From positions 1-9,344 of the forward strand of contig JADFSZ010000057.1 of assembly GCA_022560555.1 (NCBI GenBank): 9,344 bases of DNA. The letters are read 5' to 3'. Of this stretch, positions 5,495 through 9,344 are shown piece after piece. Every line of letters starts with the position of its first letter. The stretch's first letter is position 1. Under the pieces are notes generated by a model, which was not told where the DNA came from, made no database searches, and saw only the letters and a list, made by a program, of their open reading frames with translations. A program made the translations under genes and the position numbers. Source of the DNA: PVC group bacterium (GTDB lineage: Bacteria; GCA-001730085; JADFSZ01).

Positions 5495-6763
5495 ATGCAG
5501 AAAATTGTAATCCAAGGGCAAAATAAACTTACCGGTTCGGCAAAAATAAACGGATCGAAAAACTCCATATTGCCGATGATCGCGGCATCCCTGCTTACGT
5601 CCGACGAAGTCGTTCTAGAAGACGTTCCTCAATTGCGTGATATTGTTACCATGACTCGTATTGTTGAAGACCTGGGTTTGTCCACAACATATGATAAGGA
5701 CACGCGAGAATTAAAAATCAAATTTGAGAACGAGGAAAATGTTACCGCTCAATATGATTTGGTTAAACAAATGAGGGCGTCTATCTGTGTGCTGGGCCCT
5801 CTCCTTGCAAAACGCGGACGTGCTGTGGTTTCCCTTCCCGGTGGATGTGTCATCGGGCCAAGGCCGATTGATTTGCATCTATTGGGTCTCAAAGCTCTGG
5901 GGGCTGACATCCGTATACAACACGGCTATATTCAGGCACGGGCAAAGGGCCTAAGATCAGGGACTATCCATTTGCTGGGCACGTTCGGCTCAAGTGTACT
6001 TGCGACTGGAAATGTGATGATGGCGGCGTGTTTAGCCCAAGGACAAACTATCATTCGTTCCGCCGCGTGCGAACCGGAGGTCGTGGATTTGGCAAATTTT
6101 TTAAACACTATGGGGGCCCGAATTGAAGGCCATGGGAGCTCCGAAATCACAATTACGGGTGTCAAAGAGCTCCATGGAACCCGGTATCGTGTTATTCCGG
6201 ATCGGATTGAAGCCGGGACGTTTCTTATGGCCGCGGTTGCCTCGGAGGGGGATGTTGTTTTAAAAAATGTTAAAATCGAGCACCTTGGTTTGCTTATAGA
6301 TAGGTTAAAGACAGTTGGGGCGCGGATTGATGTGACGAAAAAAAACGAAATTCATGTGACACGATCCGGAAGTTTAAAATCTATAGATTTTACAACTCTG
6401 CCGTATCCCGGATTTCCGACAGATTTGCAGGCCCAGTTTATGGCGCTGCTGTCGACAGCAGAAGGCTCAAGCGTTATAACAGAAAAAGTTTATCCGGACA
6501 GGTTTATGCACGCGTCCGAATTGATGCGTATGGGAGCCGATATCACGATGGAAACAGGAATGGCTGTCGTGCGGGGTGTGGAATATTTGAGTGGAGCCAA
6601 TGTTATGGCCAGTGACTTGAGGGCAAGCGCGGCTCTTATTATCGCAGGGCTGATGGCGAGAGGTAAAACAGAAATTGATCGTGTGTATCATATTGATCGG
6701 GGGTATGAGACAATTGACAGAAGGCTAGCCGCTATGGGAGCGCTTATCACTCGGGAAGATTGA
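5495..6763 (+). CDS. murA: UDP-N-acetylglucosamine 1-carboxyvinyltransferase
   Basis: The 422-aa product resembles MurA over its full length. Matches include the N-terminus KINGSKNSILPMIAASLL, the active-site loop LPGGCVIGPRPIDLH (Cys118, TGT 5846-5848), and FPTDLQAQFMALL, VYPDRFMH and ASDLRASAALIIAGL. It starts 12 nt after the prmC stop, with AGGA at 5481-5484. Confidence 0.95.
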   Translation: MQKIVIQGQNKLTGSAKINGSKNSILPMIAASLLTSDEVVLEDVPQLRDIVTMTRIVEDLGLSTTYDKDTRELKIKFENEENVTAQYDLVKQMRASICVLGPLLAKRGRAVVSLPGGCVIGPRPIDLHLLGLKALGADIRIQHGYIQARAKGLRSGTIHLLGTFGSSVLATGNVMMAACLAQGQTIIRSAACEPEVVDLANFLNTMGARIEGHGSSEITITGVKELHGTRYRVIPDRIEAGTFLMAAVASEGDVVLKNVKIEHLGLLIDRLKTVGARIDVTKKNEIHVTRSGSLKSIDFTTLPYPGFPTDLQAQFMALLSTAEGSSVITEKVYPDRFMHASELMRMGADITMETGMAVVRGVEYLSGANVMASDLRASAALIIAGLMARGKTEIDRVYHIDRGYETIDRRLAAMGALITRED

Positions 6764-6910
6764 GAGGCGAGCCGGTCTTTTATGAACGTAACATTTGTTC
6801 TATTAGTAGCATACATTTATTTTATGTCGCGTAGGAATTGAGATTTTTAGATACCCCATGCGGTGTTGTTCATGAAATGAGTGTGTTGGGTAAAAAAAAT
6901 GACAAAAAAT

Positions 6911-6939
6911 ATGGCAAAATTCTCAAAATCGCATAAAAT
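6911..6939 (+). promoter_or_regulatory. Candidate sigma70-type promoter (distal) for the rpsP operon
   Basis: ATGGCA (6911-6916), a 17-nt spacer, then TAAAAT (6934-6939). This would give a leader of ~80 nt containing the 6941-6958 hairpin. It is a hexamer match by eye only in AT-rich DNA. Confidence 0.25.
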
Positions 6940-6976
6940 GTTCCAACGTTGTTTGGAAAAATTAGAGGAGAACCTT

Positions 6977-7005
6977 TTGCAGGTATTCTTTAAGTCAATT
7001 ATTAT
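6977..7005 (+). promoter_or_regulatory. Candidate sigma70-type promoter (proximal) for the rpsP operon
   Basis: TTGCAG (6977-6982), a 17-nt spacer, then TATTAT (7000-7005). The predicted transcription start near 7012 lies just upstream of the SD GGAGGTGAG (7015-7023). The -35 match is only 3/6 and the leader would be very short. Confidence 0.3.
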
Positions 7006-7026
7006 AAGTGAATTGGAGGTGAGTTT

Positions 7027-7275
7027 GTGGCCATTGGTATACGACTGACACGAAAAGGAAAGATCAATAAACCAAGCTACTCTATTATTGTAGCCGATAC
7101 GCGCAAAAGAAGAGACGGCGCCTATATTGAGCGGATAGGGACGTACGATCCACGGAGCAAGGACAAAAAAGTTATTCTGAATAAAGAGAAGGCTCTTTAT
7201 TGGTTGAAGCAGGGTCCAAGAGTTTCTGATACGGTTCGTTCTATTTTTCGAAAAGAAGGACTGCTTAAGAAGTGA
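7027..7275 (+). CDS. rpsP: 30S ribosomal protein S16
   Basis: MAIGIRLTRKGKINKPSYSIIVADTRKRRDGAYIERIGTYDP is the canonical S16 N-terminus. The start is GTG at 7027, 7 nt after GGAGG (7015-7019). Confidence 0.95.
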   Translation: MAIGIRLTRKGKINKPSYSIIVADTRKRRDGAYIERIGTYDPRSKDKKVILNKEKALYWLKQGPRVSDTVRSIFRKEGLLKK

Positions 7276-8021
7276 GAGTAGATATTATCACTCTATTCCC
7301 TGGTATGTTTCGCGGGATCTTTCAAGAGAGCATGATCGGACGTGCTGTAGCGTCAGGAAAAGTGACTATTAACATTCACAACTTAAGGACATATACCTCT
7401 GATCGACATCGGACTGTGGATGACATTCCGTTCGGAGGAGGGCCGGGCATGGTGATAAAACCCGAACCGGTTTTTGAGGCCCTAAAAGATATTAAGGGAC
7501 GACGTAAAGCCAAGGTGATACTTGTTTCTCCTCAAGGGCGTCCCTATCATCAGAAATGCGCGTTAGCCTTAGCCAAAGAAAAAGCTCTTGTCATTATTTG
7601 CGGTCACTACGAAGGTTTTGATGAACGGATACGTAGGGGGCTTAAGCCGATGGAAATTTCCATGGGGGATTATGTGCTGACGGGCGGAGAAATACCGGCC
7701 ATGACTATCGTCGACAGCGTCGTCCGCTTGTTGCCTGGCGTTGTGGGTGATCCGGAATCCATCGAGAACGAATCATTCATGAATTCCCGGCTGGACTTTC
7801 CCCAATACACAAGACCCCGTGTTTATAAAAAAATGAATGTTCCGGATGTGCTCTTGTCGGGGAATCATAAAGAAATTAAAGTATGGCGCCTGAGAGAAGC
7901 ACTGAAAAACACGTTAAAGAGGCGTCCCGATTTGCTGAACAAAGAGAAATTGGGAAAATCTGTGCGCCCGATTTTCGAGGAAGTATTAAAGGAGGTGAAG
8001 TCACATGGTCAGCATAAATGA
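7272..8021 (+). CDS. trmD: tRNA (guanine37-N1)-methyltransferase
   Basis: [17 protein letters not shown]...[40 protein letters not shown] and [30 protein letters not shown] are TrmD trefoil-knot motifs. The GTG start forms a GTGA overlap with the rpsP stop. Confidence 0.95.
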   Translation: MRVDIITLFPGMFRGIFQESMIGRAVASGKVTINIHNLRTYTSDRHRTVDDIPFGGGPGMVIKPEPVFEALKDIKGRRKAKVILVSPQGRPYHQKCALALAKEKALVIICGHYEGFDERIRRGLKPMEISMGDYVLTGGEIPAMTIVDSVVRLLPGVVGDPESIENESFMNSRLDFPQYTRPRVYKKMNVPDVLLSGNHKEIKVWRLREALKNTLKRRPDLLNKEKLGKSVRPIFEEVLKEVKSHGQHK

Positions 8022-8343
8022 ATTGTCCAAATTCCAAGAGAAGAAAAACATTCCTGATTTTAATGTTGGTGATACGGTGAAAGTCAGTGTGAAAATCATT
8101 GAAGGGGATAAAGAACGTTCACAGATTTTTGAAGGTATTGTGATCGCCAGAAGGAAAAAGGGTATTGAGAGCACATTTACCGTACGTAAGATATCTTATG
8201 GTGAAGGCGTTGAAAGAATATTTCCGGTCCATTCGCCGCGCGTAGAAAGTGTTAAAGTAATAAAAAAGGGTAAAGTTCGCAGGGCTAAGCTTTTTTATCT
8301 TAGAGATCGTTCGGATAAAATGGGGCGTATTAAAGAAGGTTAG
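8005..8343 (+). CDS. rplS: 50S ribosomal protein L19
   Basis: [65 protein letters not shown] and [11 protein letters not shown] are canonical L19. A strong SD AAGGAGGTGA (7989-7998) lies 6 nt before ATG 8005, which overlaps the trmD 3' end by 17 nt. Confidence 0.95.
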   Translation: MVSINELSKFQEKKNIPDFNVGDTVKVSVKIIEGDKERSQIFEGIVIARRKKGIESTFTVRKISYGEGVERIFPVHSPRVESVKVIKKGKVRRAKLFYLRDRSDKMGRIKEG

Positions 8344-8400
8344 AGAAGTCAGAATGAGAGCGTTTTTTTCTGAACAGGTGTCTTGTGCAAGAGAGGCTGA

Positions 8401-9072
8401 ATGTTTTATTTAAGGTCATTTGGCAAACAGAGTAAGTTTTTGCCGTTTGAGCAAGACATTCGCCTCAAGCAAAGTAAAACACGTATTGCCGGGGTGGATG
8501 AAGCCGGCCGCGGCCCCTGGGCCGGTCCCGTTGTTGCTGCCGTGGTCATACTACCCGAAGAACCTACCTTCCTTTACCAGGATCTCAGAGATTCAAAGCA
8601 AATGACCCCTCGAGCGCGGTTTCGAATGTATGATCTTATTTCCGAGAAGGCCGTCGACTTCGGCATCGCTCTTGTATCGGCCGCGGACATAGACCGAATG
8701 AATATTCTCGAAGCAACAAAAAAAGCCATGGTCGAAGCCGTCCATAATCTTAATGAGGCTCCGGACCATCTTTTGATTGACGGCAACCAGAAAATTTCCA
8801 TTAACATTTCCCAAGATACGATTGTGAAAGGAGATGCTCAATGCTGCTCGATCGCGGCGGCGTCCGTGATGGCAAAGGTTTTTCGGGATCGGGTGATGAT
8901 TGAGTTTGACCAAAAATATCCGCAATACAAATTTTACCGTCATAAAGGGTATGGGACAAAGATGCATCATGAGATTTTAATGGATATCGGTCCGTGTCCT
9001 ATTCATCGCCGATCTTTTTCGCCGATCAAAAAACTGATTCAGTTTGAAGGCGAGTATGTTTATGAGTCATAA
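8401..9072 (+). CDS. rnhB: Ribonuclease HII
   Basis: IAGVDEAGRGPWAGPVVAAVVIL (catalytic D-E), DSKQMT, ILEATKKAM, LLIDGN, SIAAASVMAKVFRD and HKGYGT are RNase HII motifs. GAGAGG at 8391-8396 precedes ATG 8401. Confidence 0.93.
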   Translation: MFYLRSFGKQSKFLPFEQDIRLKQSKTRIAGVDEAGRGPWAGPVVAAVVILPEEPTFLYQDLRDSKQMTPRARFRMYDLISEKAVDFGIALVSAADIDRMNILEATKKAMVEAVHNLNEAPDHLLIDGNQKISINISQDTIVKGDAQCCSIAAASVMAKVFRDRVMIEFDQKYPQYKFYRHKGYGTKMHHEILMDIGPCPIHRRSFSPIKKLIQFEGEYVYES

Positions 9073-9344
9073 TTCAAAAATGCTGGGTATCTTTGGAGAG
9101 GACCTCGCGAGTGATTATCTGGAAAAATCCGGATTTAAGATTCTAGAGAGAAATTATCGGTGTCCGCTTGGGGAGATTGATATTGTCGCGAAAGAACACA
9201 AAACGCTGGTTTTTGTTGAAGTCAAAACACGTAAGAATGATCGACACGGGAGCCCCCTTGAAGCGATTGGTGTCCAAAAGCAAAGACAAGTGTTAAGAGC
9301 TGTGAAGTACTACTTAAAGGAAAAACGATTCGATCATGGCCCGT
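9062..9344 (+). CDS. yraN: YraN-family (UPF0102) predicted endonuclease, 5' partial (runs off the right edge)
   Basis: My own translation from ATG 9062 gives MSHNSKMLGIFGEDLASDYLEKSGFKILERNYRCPLGEIDIVAKEHKTLVFVEVKTRKNDRHGSPLEAIGVQKQRQVLRAVKYYLKEKRFDHGP. This has the YraN pattern (GE..A..YL...G..IL.RN.R...GEIDIVA....LVFVEVKTR). It is absent from the track because no stop lies in the window. It overlaps the rnhB stop by 11 nt (ATGAGTCATAA). The rnhB-yraN pairing is a widely conserved arrangement. Confidence 0.85.
   Translation, partial: MSHNSKMLGIFGEDLASDYLEKSGFKILERNYRCPLGEIDIVAKEHKTLVFVEVKTRKNDRHGSPLEAIGVQKQRQVLRAVKYYLKEKRFDHGP

Noticed and set aside
6764-6781. Possible terminator just after murA (GAGGCGAGCCGGTCTTTT)
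   Set aside because: No stem of more than 3-4 bp can be drawn before the T-run.
8349-8373. Hairpin TCAGAA-(13 nt)-TTCTGA with an internal T7 run after rplS, considered as a terminator
   Set aside because: The stem is only 6 bp and AU-rich, the loop is 13 nt, and the T-run sits in the loop rather than after the stem. It is not a credible intrinsic terminator, so rnhB is probably co-transcribed.
2012-8605. + strand alternative-frame ORFs 2012-2215 (67 aa) and 8420-8605 (61 aa)
   Set aside because: They are embedded in the GH-TPR gene and rnhB respectively, in other frames, with no motifs and no RBS.
289-8970. All eleven minus-strand track ORFs (289-573, 1480-1743, 2246-2533, 3388-3579, 3647-3832, 4534-4719, 5336-5521, 5932-6165, 6467-6691, 8574-8807, 8593-8970)
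   Set aside because: Each lies wholly or almost wholly antisense to a + strand gene with strong family motifs. Their translations are low-complexity or odd in composition with no recognisable motifs, and none has a convincing RBS. They are treated as shadow ORFs.
1-9344. Window-wide look for a CRISPR array, tRNA/rRNA, an IS element or integrase, toxin-antitoxin or defence genes, and long direct or inverted repeats
   Set aside because: I found no repeat-spacer periodicity, no tRNA-like T-arm or acceptor pattern in the few intergenic gaps, no transposase or recombinase motifs in any frame, and no long repeats by eye. A computational repeat and covariance-model scan would be needed to exclude these formally.

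Overview
All 12 genes I can support lie on the + strand, and most of the window is ordinary core-genome sequence. From 5' to 3': an unidentified gene end (2-223), a single-domain PilZ c-di-GMP receptor (238-630) and a clean rho-independent terminator (657-687). Next comes a tightly packed block: an 836-aa secreted GH2-like TIM-barrel/TPR fusion protein (721-3231), a long EpsC/CysE-type serine O-acetyltransferase (3221-4168), a small AroQ chorismate mutase (4179-4490), prmC (4553-5482) and murA (5495-6763). A 263-bp AT-rich spacer follows, then rpsP-trmD-rplS-rnhB-yraN (7027-9344; yraN runs off the right edge). I see no rRNA, tRNA, CRISPR array, transposase, integrase or long repeat, and every minus-strand track ORF looks like a shadow of a + strand gene. 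I do not see a complete, self-evident novel system. The only non-housekeeping part is the 5' third, where a PilZ receptor sits next to a signal-peptide protein that fuses a glycoside-hydrolase-like barrel to a long BamD/YbgF-like TPR region. The barrel's expected acid/base Glu is replaced by Asp. This looks like a single-polypeptide version of the hydrolase plus TPR-scaffold pairs of exopolysaccharide secretion systems. No synthase or porin is in the window, so this is a hypothesis. All family calls come from motif recognition by eye; no searches were run.
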